From positions 4,385-68,384 of the forward strand of contig JAWODM010000062.1 in the NCBI GenBank assembly GCA_046483305.1: a stretch of DNA of 64,000 bases, written 5' to 3'. A model generated the notes under the pieces. That model searched no databases. It was not told the origin of the DNA and was given only the letters and a program-made list of their open reading frames with translations. This DNA comes from Candidatus Krumholzibacteriales bacterium (GTDB taxonomy: Bacteria; Krumholzibacteriota; Krumholzibacteriia; Krumholzibacteriales; WJIX01). Both the position numbers and the translations under genes were made by a program. Shown one piece after another: positions 47,658 to 57,332 of this stretch (within the stretch, counting starts at the first letter, position 1; each line of letters starts with the position of its first letter).

Positions 47658-48686
47658 TCAGTGAATTGTTAAAACCCTGCTCTTGTATCCGTATTTCCTC
47701 TCGGCTGTTACTGAATCTCTCTCCGCTTTTCTTCTCTGTCCATACCGTCCGGAACGAACTCTGAATATCTCGCTTCCGGAATCGGAAAAAGCATTCTCAA
47801 TCCTTGTTTCCGGGAATATTCCGGATATTGCCCGGTAAAGTTTTTCGGCATTTGCCTTTTCCTGGAAAGCCCCGAACTGCAGGGTGAAAAAGGGATCGGT
47901 TCCGGTTGTTTCCGGTTCTCTTGTACGTTCGTTCCCCGAGTGATTCCGGCCCGCGTCAGGGCGGAGATTGCTGGTCCTGGCCTTCGCTTTGGGCGCTTCC
48001 AGGGAATGGGGATAGTTGTTGATAAGGGAGTTGTAGGCTTTTAGCGCTTTTCCGTTATCTCCCAGTATTTCGTAGCAGACGCCCAGTTTGAATATGGCCA
48101 CCGGGTTTGAGTGAATACCTCCTATCGCTTCATATCTTTCTGCTGCGCCGGTATAATTTCCTGTCTGCATATCCAGTTCAGCCAGTTCCATATAGGCCGG
48201 GTAAAGATATTTGCCTCTGTCTATCAGCTTAAAGTCCTCACGGGCGCGGTATATTTCACCCAGCAGCTTATAACTCAATCCCCTGAAGAAAAGAGACTCC
48301 AGTCTTACCTTTGAATCCCTGGCATCCGGGATTACCCCGAGCAGCCCCGCGGAATCCTCATAGCGTTCGGAGGCGTAATATATCTTGGCCAGTTCCAGTC
48401 TGGCAATGGATGATACTACCCCCCCTTCAGAGACGATATCCCTGTAAATTCCGGAAGCTCTTCCGCTGTCGGTTTCCAGGCGGGCAGACAGCAGTTTTCC
48501 CCACATGAGCTCTTTCCCCTTCAATCCCGGAATCATGGCTGCCAGCTCACTTTCGGCGTCACGGTACTCCATTTCCGCAATCTTCTGCTGAATCTTCCAC
48601 AGAGCGTAAGGCATGGTAACGGCGCTGTGAAGCGGAAGCATCAGAAGCACCGCCGCTGCAACTGATTTAAGCAGATATATCTTCAT
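47658..48686 (-). CDS. TPR-repeat and SPOR domain protein
   Basis: Signal peptide and TPR helices. C-terminal SPOR-like FTLQFGAFQEKANAEKL...FRVRSGRY. Confidence 0.6.
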   Translation of the reverse strand: MKIYLLKSVAAAVLLMLPLHSAVTMPYALWKIQQKIAEMEYRDAESELAAMIPGLKGKELMWGKLLSARLETDSGRASGIYRDIVSEGGVVSSIARLELAKIYYASERYEDSAGLLGVIPDARDSKVRLESLFFRGLSYKLLGEIYRAREDFKLIDRGKYLYPAYMELAELDMQTGNYTGAAERYEAIGGIHSNPVAIFKLGVCYEILGDNGKALKAYNSLINNYPHSLEAPKAKARTSNLRPDAGRNHSGNERTREPETTGTDPFFTLQFGAFQEKANAEKLYRAISGIFPETRIENAFSDSGSEIFRVRSGRYGQRRKAERDSVTAERKYGYKSRVLTIH

Positions 48687-49827
48687 AATATTCCAGAAAA
48701 GTGCCTATGCCGCCGCATTTCACGCAGTAAGGCAAATCGAATTCAGTAACAGCCGAGCAGTTCTCGCATTTATACATGCGGGCAGGAGGGGCCCAGGCTG
48801 TGTATCTGTCCAGTGTTTCTGCTGCTTTAGTTGTATTACCCTTGTCAAGGTAGATGCCCGCCATTCTTATAATGAGTTTGTCATCCAGAACAAGCTGGTT
48901 GATTTCGCTTTCGAAAAAGCCAATCACCTTTTCAATTTCGCCCTTTCTCTCATAGAAAGAGGATATCGCCCTGAAGACCTCAGGATTACCCTTGTTTCTC
49001 TCGTAAAGATCAGTAAGTATGGTTTCAAGCCTTCCGAAATCCTGCTGTTCAAAAAGCATCTTCTCCATGTATTTGAGGGTAAGGGAAAGACAGGATATAT
49101 CATTTCTGAGGAGGGCAATCCATTTCCCGATCGCTTTGTTATTATCTCCATCACGGTAATACGCCAGGCCGCAGGTGTACAGGGCCGGAGTATAATCCCG
49201 GTCCATGCTTATAGCTTTCTCGGAATACTCCGCTCCCTTCCCGTAGTTGCCTCTGTTCAGATAATCCGAAGCTACTGATGTAAGATAAGCTTTAATCAGC
49301 TCGTCTGAACGCGAACTCTCGAGTTTGACGAATTTGCTGAGGGCCTTATGGGCTCTGTCGTATTCTCCGTTCAGGTGATAGAATCTGTGGAGGGCGAAGA
49401 CTATTGACGGGTGGTTCTTCCATTTTCTGATATTTTCCAGGGTCGATATTGCCTCCTGACTTCTGTCCAGGGCCATCAAATCCCTGGAGATAGCCAGCTG
49501 GATATCTTTCTTGTTCTCTTCTGTCAGATCTCTTCTCACAGACATGCTACGGTGTATCTGAAGAGCCTTGTCAGGCTGTCCCTGGTCCCTGAGAAGGTCT
49601 CCAAGCAGTATGTAGGCCCCCACCCTTCTCTCGCCTTTTTGAACTCCCTGCTTCAGGAATACGAGGGCATTCTGTCTGTTTCCCTCTATCAGCGAATAAA
49701 GGGCTTTGATATAACCTCTCTCTTCCGGCTCTCTCTTCTTCTTTCTCTCCAGAACGATAATAAGGGCCAGAATTAACAGGGCTGCCAGAAATATTACTAT
49801 TAAAATCAACCGGGTAGACATAATCAC
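48667..49827 (-). CDS. lapB: lipopolysaccharide assembly protein LapB (YciM)-like
   Basis: N-terminal TM, multiple TPRs, and C-terminal rubredoxin-like CENCSAV...CVKCGG metal-binding ribbon. 386 aa, directly after the lapA-like gene. Confidence 0.65.
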   Translation of the reverse strand: MIMSTRLILIVIFLAALLILALIIVLERKKKREPEERGYIKALYSLIEGNRQNALVFLKQGVQKGERRVGAYILLGDLLRDQGQPDKALQIHRSMSVRRDLTEENKKDIQLAISRDLMALDRSQEAISTLENIRKWKNHPSIVFALHRFYHLNGEYDRAHKALSKFVKLESSRSDELIKAYLTSVASDYLNRGNYGKGAEYSEKAISMDRDYTPALYTCGLAYYRDGDNNKAIGKWIALLRNDISCLSLTLKYMEKMLFEQQDFGRLETILTDLYERNKGNPEVFRAISSFYERKGEIEKVIGFFESEINQLVLDDKLIIRMAGIYLDKGNTTKAAETLDRYTAWAPPARMYKCENCSAVTEFDLPYCVKCGGIGTFLEYYEDISA

Positions 49828-49833
49828 CTTCGC

Positions 49834-50154
49834 TTAATCCCGATCTTCAATTTCTTCTCCGATACCTTCGGCGATCGGGATGTTTCGCAGTTCGGAAATC
49901 TCTTCCATCAGTTTCTCTTTCTCCTTGTTTTTCTTTACTATTCTCAGCATTAACTGAGCTTCCCGTATCCATGCCCCCACAGCCCAGATAACCATACCGG
50001 CAATAAAGGAAAAAACAATTATTATATTGAGTTCTGCTTCAGGAAATGTATGATTGAAAAAATAGAATGTCACCTTTGTTCCGGCGTTTTTAGTCCCCAG
50101 CCATATCAGGGCAACAGAGCCTGCGAATAGTATTATTCCTCTGATAATCCACAA
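49834..50154 (-). CDS. lapA: LapA (YciS)-like inner membrane protein
   Basis: 106 aa with two TM helices plus a C-terminal charged helix. Located upstream of lapB. Confidence 0.5.
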   Translation of the reverse strand: MWIIRGIILFAGSVALIWLGTKNAGTKVTFYFFNHTFPEAELNIIIVFSFIAGMVIWAVGAWIREAQLMLRIVKKNKEKEKLMEEISELRNIPIAEGIGEEIEDRD

Positions 50155-50158
50155 AACG

Positions 50159-51469
50159 TTACCTCCTGTATTTACCTGTAAAAGTGAAATTTTCCAGTTT
50201 ATCCAGGGTTACATTCACGATATCCCCTTCTTTCACTTCCGCCCTGTCCAGCAGAACGTTTCTGAAATGCGGAGTTCTTCCTTTGAAGTATTGATTTTCG
50301 CCTCTTTCAACCGTTCCGTCAAGAAGGATTTTGAAACTCTTGCCCAGAAGGCCCTTCAGGATATCCAGTCTTATCTCTCTTACCAGATCGTTTAATCTCG
50401 AAAGTCTCTCCTTCTTTGTTTCGGCGCTTACACTGTCGGGAAATCTCCATGAGGAAGTCCCTTCTCGCGGTGAATATTTGAACGTAAATGCTGAATCAAA
50501 TCTGGATTCGCTGACCGCTTCCAGGGTTCTTTTGAAATCATCCTCCGTCTCAGATGGAAATCCAACTATAATATCTGTGGTAACTGCAAGATCGGGTAGA
50601 ATCTTCCTGGCCTGTTCCAGAAGCGAAAGGTACTGCCTTGCGGTATATCCTCTTCGCATCAGTTTCAGTATGCGGTCACTTCCCGACTGAAGAGGGAGAT
50701 GGATATGGGGGCATATACGAGGATGGTCCCTCATAAGCCTGAACAGATCAAGGGTCACATCTCTTGGATGAGAAGTGAGAAATCTTATCCTTTCCAGATC
50801 CGTGCCTTCCAGAAGCATTTTCAGAAGCTCAGTAAAACCTTTATCCTCATACCTGTAGGCGAGAACATTCTGGCCCAGCAGGGTAATCTCTCTGCATCCG
50901 CGCCGGGCAAGCCGGCCGACTTCTTCCACTACCGCGCCGGGGTCCTTGCTGCGCAGCTTGCCCCTGAGATATGGAACAACACAATAGCTGCAGAAATTTT
51001 CGCATCCCCTGGTTATGGAAACAAACCCTGAATACCTGCTCGGATCAAAATTTTCCGCCAGGCTGTATGTTACCATGTGATCCCTGCCCGGCAGGGTGAC
51101 TCCGGAATCGCGGCTGCTGATTATATCGGCCAGCTCCGTGTAATTATCAGGGCCGCAGATAATATCTATACCCTCTACCATCTCATGCAGATCGTTCTGG
51201 AGATTCTGGGCCAGGCATCCTATTACCGCTATCCTCTTGTCCTTCATACTGGAGAATTTATGAATCCAGTTAATCGCCCTGTCCTCGGCATGTTTTCGTA
51301 TGCTGCATCCGTTAACGATTATAATATCCGCCTCTGAAGAGTCATCCACCGTCGTGAATCCGCGTTCTTCCAGAATGGACTGAATCACCTGGCTGTCATA
51401 CATGTTCATCTGGCAGCCGAAGGTTTTAAAAAAAACTTTTTCTCTTATTTTCTCCGCTTCAACTTTCAT
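50159..51469 (-). CDS. miaB: tRNA-i6A37 methylthiotransferase MiaB
   Basis: MTTase N-domain FGCQMNMYDS, radical SAM CENFCSYCVVP, and C-terminal TRAM domain. Confidence 0.8.
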   Translation of the reverse strand: MKVEAEKIREKVFFKTFGCQMNMYDSQVIQSILEERGFTTVDDSSEADIIIVNGCSIRKHAEDRAINWIHKFSSMKDKRIAVIGCLAQNLQNDLHEMVEGIDIICGPDNYTELADIISSRDSGVTLPGRDHMVTYSLAENFDPSRYSGFVSITRGCENFCSYCVVPYLRGKLRSKDPGAVVEEVGRLARRGCREITLLGQNVLAYRYEDKGFTELLKMLLEGTDLERIRFLTSHPRDVTLDLFRLMRDHPRICPHIHLPLQSGSDRILKLMRRGYTARQYLSLLEQARKILPDLAVTTDIIVGFPSETEDDFKRTLEAVSESRFDSAFTFKYSPREGTSSWRFPDSVSAETKKERLSRLNDLVREIRLDILKGLLGKSFKILLDGTVERGENQYFKGRTPHFRNVLLDRAEVKEGDIVNVTLDKLENFTFTGKYRR

Positions 51470-52823
51470 TCTTCCCCGCCTCGAAATAAGGTCTTCCGCA
51501 GACTTTGCCGGTAAGCCTGCCGTTTTCGAATCTTTCCACTCTGACTGGAACCAGCTTCCTGATAAGGCGGGGTTCAGCCTTCACCGCCACGTTACAGTAA
51601 TTGCCTGTTATAGCTCTGAAGAAACCCGGTTTTTCGCCGGATTCCTCCAATATTACCGCAAGCCTGTTATTCCCGGGCTGTGATTTCAGGAATTCGAGCC
51701 TTCTTTTTTTTCCCGATTCGATGAGGGTTCTGGACCTTCTTTTCTTCTCAGCGGGGTTGATTTTTCCTCTCATTTCCGAAGCTCTGGTACCGGGACGGTC
51801 CGAATAGGAAAAAACGTGATAGTATTTAATCTGTGGCAAACTCTCCAGGAATTCGGCCGATTTTTCGAAATTCAATTTCTTTTCGCCCGGAAATCCGACT
51901 ATCATGTCGGTTCCAATGCATACATCCTTGATATTACCGGAGATCATCTCAATTTTTTCACGGTATTGAGAAGTTCTGTAACGGCGGTTCATCTTTTCCA
52001 GAATACTGTCATCGCCGCTTTGCAGTGGGATATGAAAATGAGAGGCAATCCTTTCCGTAGAGGCCGCCAGTTCTACCAATTCCAACTCAATTTCGTTCGG
52101 TTCGATGCTGCTCAACCGTATTCGGATTCTTTCGGTCTGCTCAAGTATCATCTTCAGGAGGCCGGCCAGATCGATGTTGAACCCTTCTCCTTCCCCGTAA
52201 CGCCCGATATGAATTCCGGTAAGAATTACTTCCTGGTATCCTCCACGGACGAGATTTCTTATCTGGGTTATTACACTTTCGGGGGGTATCGACCTGTTCC
52301 TTCCCCTGGCGAAAGGTATAATACAGTAACTGCAGAAGGCGTTGCAACCGTTCTGTATCTCAATGAAAGCGCGGGCGTGATTGGAAAACCTGTCGATAGG
52401 GAACCTGTCAGGCTCCCGGTAATTTCTTAATCTGGAATCCATGCTTTCGGCAACCCTGGTTCTGCCGGCGGCGAGCTCTGCTATCAGAAGATCGATCTTT
52501 CCCTTTCCGCTGTTTTCTATAATGTAATCCACCTCCTTCATCCTTTTCAGACGGTTCCCCGATATTTCTACCTGGCATCCGGTTACAATGATAACCGAAT
52601 CGGGGCTCAGGCGCCTGGCTCTTCTTATGGCATTCCTGCACCTGGCATCCGTTTTTCCGGTTACAGTGCAGGTATTAATAATACAGAAATCAGTTCTATG
52701 ATCCGGGGTTCTGTATCGTAATCCTGACTTCTCGATTCTCTGCCTCATACACTCGGATTCATATTGGTTGAGCTTGCAGCCCAGTGTTCTTATCGAGAAT
52801 GTTTTTTCGGATGAAAGGGACAT
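51459..52823 (-). CDS. mtaB: tRNA-t6A37 methylthiotransferase MtaB-like
   Basis: TLGCKLNQYESE N-domain (MtaB-like), radical SAM CNAFCSYCIIP, and TRAM domain. Confidence 0.75.
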   Translation of the reverse strand: MSLSSEKTFSIRTLGCKLNQYESECMRQRIEKSGLRYRTPDHRTDFCIINTCTVTGKTDARCRNAIRRARRLSPDSVIIVTGCQVEISGNRLKRMKEVDYIIENSGKGKIDLLIAELAAGRTRVAESMDSRLRNYREPDRFPIDRFSNHARAFIEIQNGCNAFCSYCIIPFARGRNRSIPPESVITQIRNLVRGGYQEVILTGIHIGRYGEGEGFNIDLAGLLKMILEQTERIRIRLSSIEPNEIELELVELAASTERIASHFHIPLQSGDDSILEKMNRRYRTSQYREKIEMISGNIKDVCIGTDMIVGFPGEKKLNFEKSAEFLESLPQIKYYHVFSYSDRPGTRASEMRGKINPAEKKRRSRTLIESGKKRRLEFLKSQPGNNRLAVILEESGEKPGFFRAITGNYCNVAVKAEPRLIRKLVPVRVERFENGRLTGKVCGRPYFEAGKNES

Positions 52824-52905
52824 TGTTAACTAAATACGATTAATATAAATGAGGGTGGAAAATCCACCCTCATAAATGCCTCGGATAATCAGTGACGTAT
52901 ACTGA

Positions 52906-54831
52906 TTATTTATTTTCATCGGGGGGTTCTTCCCCTTCTGCCGGGCTTTCGTCTTCAGGTTCGCTTTCTCCGGCCTCTTCTTCGACCGGCTTCGACTCAG
53001 TTTCCGGTTCGTCCTCTCCGGCCTGGCCGCTCTCATCCTTGCCGGCTGCTGCTTCGGATTCGGCTTCTTCTGCCGGTTCCCCGGCGGTTTCATCTTCGTC
53101 CTCGTAATCACCGTATTCATCGTCTGCGTCAGATTCCGGCAATGAAGTATCATCATCGTCATCTTTCCCTGATGAAGGATGCGCCTCTGCGAAGCTTTCC
53201 ATCTCGGATCTGTCTCTTCCCTCAAAGTAGGCATTGACACTCAGAACGATTTTCTTCTTCTGAGGATCCATCTTTATTACCTCCAGGGGAAGTTCATCTC
53301 CAACTTCGAAATGATTGGCCACCTTCTTGACTCCCTCGATACCCATGTGAGAGATCGGAACGAAACCTTCCACATTGTCCTTTATTTCAACCACAGCGCC
53401 GCGGTTGAGCAACCTGGTGATATTCCCCTTTGTCTCTGTGCCTACCGAGAATTCCTCGGCCAGACTGGTCCAGGGATTTTCCTGTATCTGTTTTACGCCA
53501 AGGCTGATTCTCCGCTTTTCGCTGTCTATGTTAAGGACCACCACGTCGATTCCCTGGCCCTTCTTGAGAACTTCAGACGGATGTCTTACCCTTTTCGCCC
53601 AGGACATATCAGAGATATGGACAAGGCCATCAATTCCGTCTTCTATCTCCACAAAGGCTCCAAAGTTGGTAAGATTTCTGACCTTCCCCTTGAGTTTGGT
53701 GCCCGGAGAGTATTTCTTCTCCAGGGATTTCCACGGATCAGGTTCAAGCTGCTTCAGCCCCAGGGAGATCTTTTCGTTCTCCTTGTCAATGTTCAGCACT
53801 ACCGCCTCCACATTGTCTCCTATTCCAACTATGTTGGAAGGGTGTTTTACGTGGCGGGTCCAGGACATCTCGGAAATATGAATCAGTCCCTCCACTCCCT
53901 TTTCCAGCTCTACAAAAGCGCCGTAATCGGTAATAGAGACGACCTTTCCCTTGATGGTTTTGCCCACCGTGTATTTCTCTTCCACATTTTCCCAGGGATA
54001 GGGAGTAAGCTGCTTGAGGCCCAGCGAAATCCTTTCACGTTCAAGGTCAAAATCCAGTATTTTAACCTTGAGTTCATCGCCGAGTGCTACTACCTCGGAC
54101 GGATGGCTGATTCTGCCCCAGGTGAGATCGGTTAGATGAAGAAGTCCATCGATTCCGCCGAGGTCCACGAATGCGCCGAAGTCCGTAATATTCTTCACTA
54201 CACCCTCGCGTACCTGCCCGACCTCAAGATCGGAAAGCAGATTCTCCTTCTTCTGTTTCCTGATCTCTTCGAGAACCACTCGTCTTGAAACAACGATATT
54301 TCTTCTTCTCTTGTTTATCTTGATGATCCTGACTTCGAGTTCCTGGCCGATCAGCTCCTCCAGGTTGGGAATCTGCCTCAGTGCGACCTGAGAACCCGGC
54401 AGGAACGCGTCCACACCCAGCAGCTTTACCATCAGGCCGCCTTTGATTCTCCGATCCACTGTGGTGGTGACGATTTCCTTGTTTTTATAGAACTCCTTGA
54501 TGTCGTCCCATGCCTTGATGAAATCTGATTTGGATTTGGACAGTACTACCAGGCCGTCCTGGTTTTCCATCTTTTCCAGAAAAACGTCAAACTCATCACC
54601 CGTTTTTACTTCGCTGCAATTTTTAAACTGTCCTATCGGGATGGTGCCTTCGCTCTTGAATCCTATATCAAGAATCACCTCGTTGCCGGTTATCTTGTAG
54701 ACCTTTCCCCTCACTATCTTGCCCTCTTTAAGGTCTACCGCCTTTATCTCCTTGTCGAAATCGGGATCGTATTCCAGGATTTCTTCCTCCTGCTGCTTCT
54801 GCAGTTCTTCAGGGGAGACCTTTTCGAACAT
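52906..54831 (-). CDS. rpsA: 30S ribosomal protein S1 with a long acidic C-terminal extension
   Basis: Six S1 (OB) repeats (e.g. repeated GxVxxITDFGAFV). N-terminus MFEKVSPEELQ aligns to canonical S1; ATG 54831 is preceded by GAGGA. About 110-aa Asp/Glu-rich tail. Confidence 0.9.
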   Translation of the reverse strand: MFEKVSPEELQKQQEEEILEYDPDFDKEIKAVDLKEGKIVRGKVYKITGNEVILDIGFKSEGTIPIGQFKNCSEVKTGDEFDVFLEKMENQDGLVVLSKSKSDFIKAWDDIKEFYKNKEIVTTTVDRRIKGGLMVKLLGVDAFLPGSQVALRQIPNLEELIGQELEVRIIKINKRRRNIVVSRRVVLEEIRKQKKENLLSDLEVGQVREGVVKNITDFGAFVDLGGIDGLLHLTDLTWGRISHPSEVVALGDELKVKILDFDLERERISLGLKQLTPYPWENVEEKYTVGKTIKGKVVSITDYGAFVELEKGVEGLIHISEMSWTRHVKHPSNIVGIGDNVEAVVLNIDKENEKISLGLKQLEPDPWKSLEKKYSPGTKLKGKVRNLTNFGAFVEIEDGIDGLVHISDMSWAKRVRHPSEVLKKGQGIDVVVLNIDSEKRRISLGVKQIQENPWTSLAEEFSVGTETKGNITRLLNRGAVVEIKDNVEGFVPISHMGIEGVKKVANHFEVGDELPLEVIKMDPQKKKIVLSVNAYFEGRDRSEMESFAEAHPSSGKDDDDDTSLPESDADDEYGDYEDEDETAGEPAEEAESEAAAGKDESGQAGEDEPETESKPVEEEAGESEPEDESPAEGEEPPDENK

Positions 54832-55103
54832 ATCATCATCCTCGAGGTATCCAAGCTTCCCGCAACTTGCTCTGTTATCACCCTCTTTCCTTCCAGGATC
54901 GATAGCCCTGGTTTGTTCTTCTCCGGTCATGCTTACTTCGTTTTCCATTAATACATCTCTCCTTCCATAGAATATTTGTTGTTAATGATAGATTTTTTCA
55001 CTCTGCTCCGCAAGTGATTTCTGGCTGTCCGGTTGGTATAACAGGAGGAATGTTCAGCAGAGGATATCCCGGCAATTCAATTGACGCCTGATGAATAGTC
55101 AGA

Positions 55104-55967
55104 TCAGCAGTCTCCCGATATTTCACGGAGCTTTTTCTTGACTTCGGTAAGAACCCAGTCCGGCGTGGAAGTGCCTGTGGTAAGGCCAACTCTTTTGATG
55201 CCGGTGAACCAGGATTCTTCTATTTCATCCGCCGTCTCGATATGCCTCGAAAGAATATTGTTATCCAGGCACATGTAGTGGAGCCTCTTTGTATTGGAGC
55301 TTCCCTTCCCCCCTACCACCAGCATCAGATCGACTTTTCTCGCAATATCCATAGTGGCCTTTCGACGTTTTGCCGTGGCCTTGCATATGGTATTGAATAC
55401 TTTCAGATCGGGGATTCTGTTCCTTAGTTCGGTTATTATAGCTTCTGATTCCCTGGCCGAAAAAGTGGTTTGAATTACCACTCCGGCTCTGGAGAGAGCG
55501 GGCAGACGCTGAGCCTCCATCAGTGAATTTATTATAAAAGGTTTTTCCCCCGCATGCCCGGAAAGGCCTTTCACTTCGGGGTGGTCCCGGTCGCCGATGA
55601 TGATGATATCTCTGTTTTCCGCGGACAGAATCTTTACGTACTTCTGGCTGCGCTTTACGAACGGACAGGTGGTGTCGATCAGTTTGAGGCTTTTTTTCTT
55701 CACTTCATCGATTATGGATGGGTGTACTCCGTGGGCGCGTATAACGAAGGTGTCGCCTTCCCTTAGATCGGATAATTCTTTTACGTTCTCCACCCCCCTG
55801 GATCTCAACTGTTCTATCGCCTGAGGGTTGTGGATTATATCGCCGGCCGAATATACCCGGTTACCGCTGTTCCTGTTAAGCCCCTCTTCCAGAAGGCTCA
55901 TTGCTCTCTTGACGCCAAAGCAGTATCCGGTGTAGGGAGATACCAGAATTTCAATCTTACGTTCCAT
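55104..55967 (-). CDS. ispH: 4-hydroxy-3-methylbut-2-enyl diphosphate reductase
   Basis: N-terminal SPYTGYCFGVKRA and conserved Cys positions, 287 aa. Adjacent to rpsA as in many bacteria. Confidence 0.9.
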   Translation of the reverse strand: MERKIEILVSPYTGYCFGVKRAMSLLEEGLNRNSGNRVYSAGDIIHNPQAIEQLRSRGVENVKELSDLREGDTFVIRAHGVHPSIIDEVKKKSLKLIDTTCPFVKRSQKYVKILSAENRDIIIIGDRDHPEVKGLSGHAGEKPFIINSLMEAQRLPALSRAGVVIQTTFSARESEAIITELRNRIPDLKVFNTICKATAKRRKATMDIARKVDLMLVVGGKGSSNTKRLHYMCLDNNILSRHIETADEIEESWFTGIKRVGLTTGTSTPDWVLTEVKKKLREISGDC

Positions 55968-57315
55968 ATTTCAGCATCTTTATTGATTCGTAAAACATTG
56001 AAGTTATAAGTTTGTAATCCGTCTTCCTGTCATCACTCTTATAACCGCTGTCAATATATATGGGGGGGCCTATATGCACTTCCAGCCTGTTCTTTCTGAG
56101 AAAGGCCCTTCCCATCCGGTTGGAACCGGAAATATAAACAGGGATGATATCTGTTCCCGAATTAACCGCTATATAACCAAGGCCCATTTTCGGCATCCTG
56201 ATGCGATCGTCTTTTGACCTGGTTCCCTCCGGGAACATCAATATGGAGCTGCCGGATTTGAGAAGTTTCACTATTTTTCTGATTGCCGCCCTGTCGAAAG
56301 AATCCCTGTCGATTGGGACCGCGTGATATTTGCTTATCAGCCAGCCAAAGAAACGGTTATTGAAAAGTTCCTTCTTGGCAAGGAACCAGACCTCCCGGTT
56401 AAGGATTGAACCGACCACCGGAGGATCGGAGTAGGATATATGGTTGCTGGCGAAAATGAAATTGCCTCCGGTTCTCAGGTTTTCCCTGCCGTATACCCTG
56501 AGGCCGAATAATAATTTGAAGATACAGTAAATCAGTTTTCTGGTGACTCTGTAATAGCGTGTTGAGTACAGAGAGGACTTTCTGTTCAGATAATATTTAT
56601 CCCTTTGAATAATCTCCTTCAGCCTTCCGCGCGCGTAATCTTCCGCTATCCCCACCTGCTGGTCTATGGTAAGCCCCGAGGTGTCAATGACCTTCGCTCC
56701 CGGTGGCTTAAGAAGCGGGCTTACCTGCCTGGTTGAATCTATTCTGTCTCTCTCTTCGATGTTTATTCTTACCTTATCTTCATCCTGATCTATACCTATC
56801 GACCTCAGTTGAGCAGAGCGCCTCCTGACCCTGGCCTCAATGTCGGCTATCAGAAAAAGCTTCACCTGGGCGTGTGGGAAAACCACTGTTCCCAGATCAC
56901 GCCCCTCAGCCACCACTCCTCCCCTGCCTGCTATCTTTCTCTGCAGTTTTACCATTTCAGTTCTTACACTTTCATGCCTGCTCACCGGGGAGACAGCCGC
57001 TGATACACCGCTTTTTCTTATCTCCTGTTCTATGTTTTCACCGTCGAGAAAGAGAACCCTTTCGCCATCTATCTCCACCAGTTCCAGATTAATCCTTCCG
57101 GCGAGCTCAGAAACCTTGCGCTCGTCTTCAGGATCAATCCCTTCCTTAAGGACAGCATAAGTCACCGCCCGGTACATGGAGCCGGTGTTCAGATATTTCA
57201 TATTGAGCCGGTCGGCCAGTATGGACGCGGTAGTGCTCTTGCCGGAACCCGCCGTCCCGTCGAGAGTGATTATTATATTCTTGAAACCGCTCAGGGATTT
57301 CTCAGTCAAGTTCAT
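55957..57315 (-). CDS. cmk: bifunctional cytidylate kinase / 1-acyl-sn-glycerol-3-phosphate acyltransferase (Cmk-PlsC fusion)
   Basis: N-terminal half has the Cmk P-loop ITLDGTAGSGKSTTAS and NTGSMYRAVT. C-terminal half has the acyltransferase HX4D block NHISYSD and the FPEGTRS block. Confidence 0.8.
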   Translation of the reverse strand: MNLTEKSLSGFKNIIITLDGTAGSGKSTTASILADRLNMKYLNTGSMYRAVTYAVLKEGIDPEDERKVSELAGRINLELVEIDGERVLFLDGENIEQEIRKSGVSAAVSPVSRHESVRTEMVKLQRKIAGRGGVVAEGRDLGTVVFPHAQVKLFLIADIEARVRRRSAQLRSIGIDQDEDKVRINIEERDRIDSTRQVSPLLKPPGAKVIDTSGLTIDQQVGIAEDYARGRLKEIIQRDKYYLNRKSSLYSTRYYRVTRKLIYCIFKLLFGLRVYGRENLRTGGNFIFASNHISYSDPPVVGSILNREVWFLAKKELFNNRFFGWLISKYHAVPIDRDSFDRAAIRKIVKLLKSGSSILMFPEGTRSKDDRIRMPKMGLGYIAVNSGTDIIPVYISGSNRMGRAFLRKNRLEVHIGPPIYIDSGYKSDDRKTDYKLITSMFYESIKMLKYGT

Positions 57316-57332
57316 TTGAAGACTGTTCTTGT

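Noticed and set aside
51816-52430. 204-aa ORF antisense to mtaB
   Set aside because: Shadow ORF opposite the radical-SAM core.
52830-53240. 136-aa Lys/Arg-rich minus-strand ORF overlapping the rpsA 3' end
   Set aside because: Alternate frame of the GA-rich acidic-tail coding region. Basic low-complexity product, no independent start signals.
53179-54135. 318-aa and 168-aa plus-strand ORFs antisense to rpsA
   Set aside because: Shadow ORFs. The S1-repeat periodicity creates long open antisense frames.
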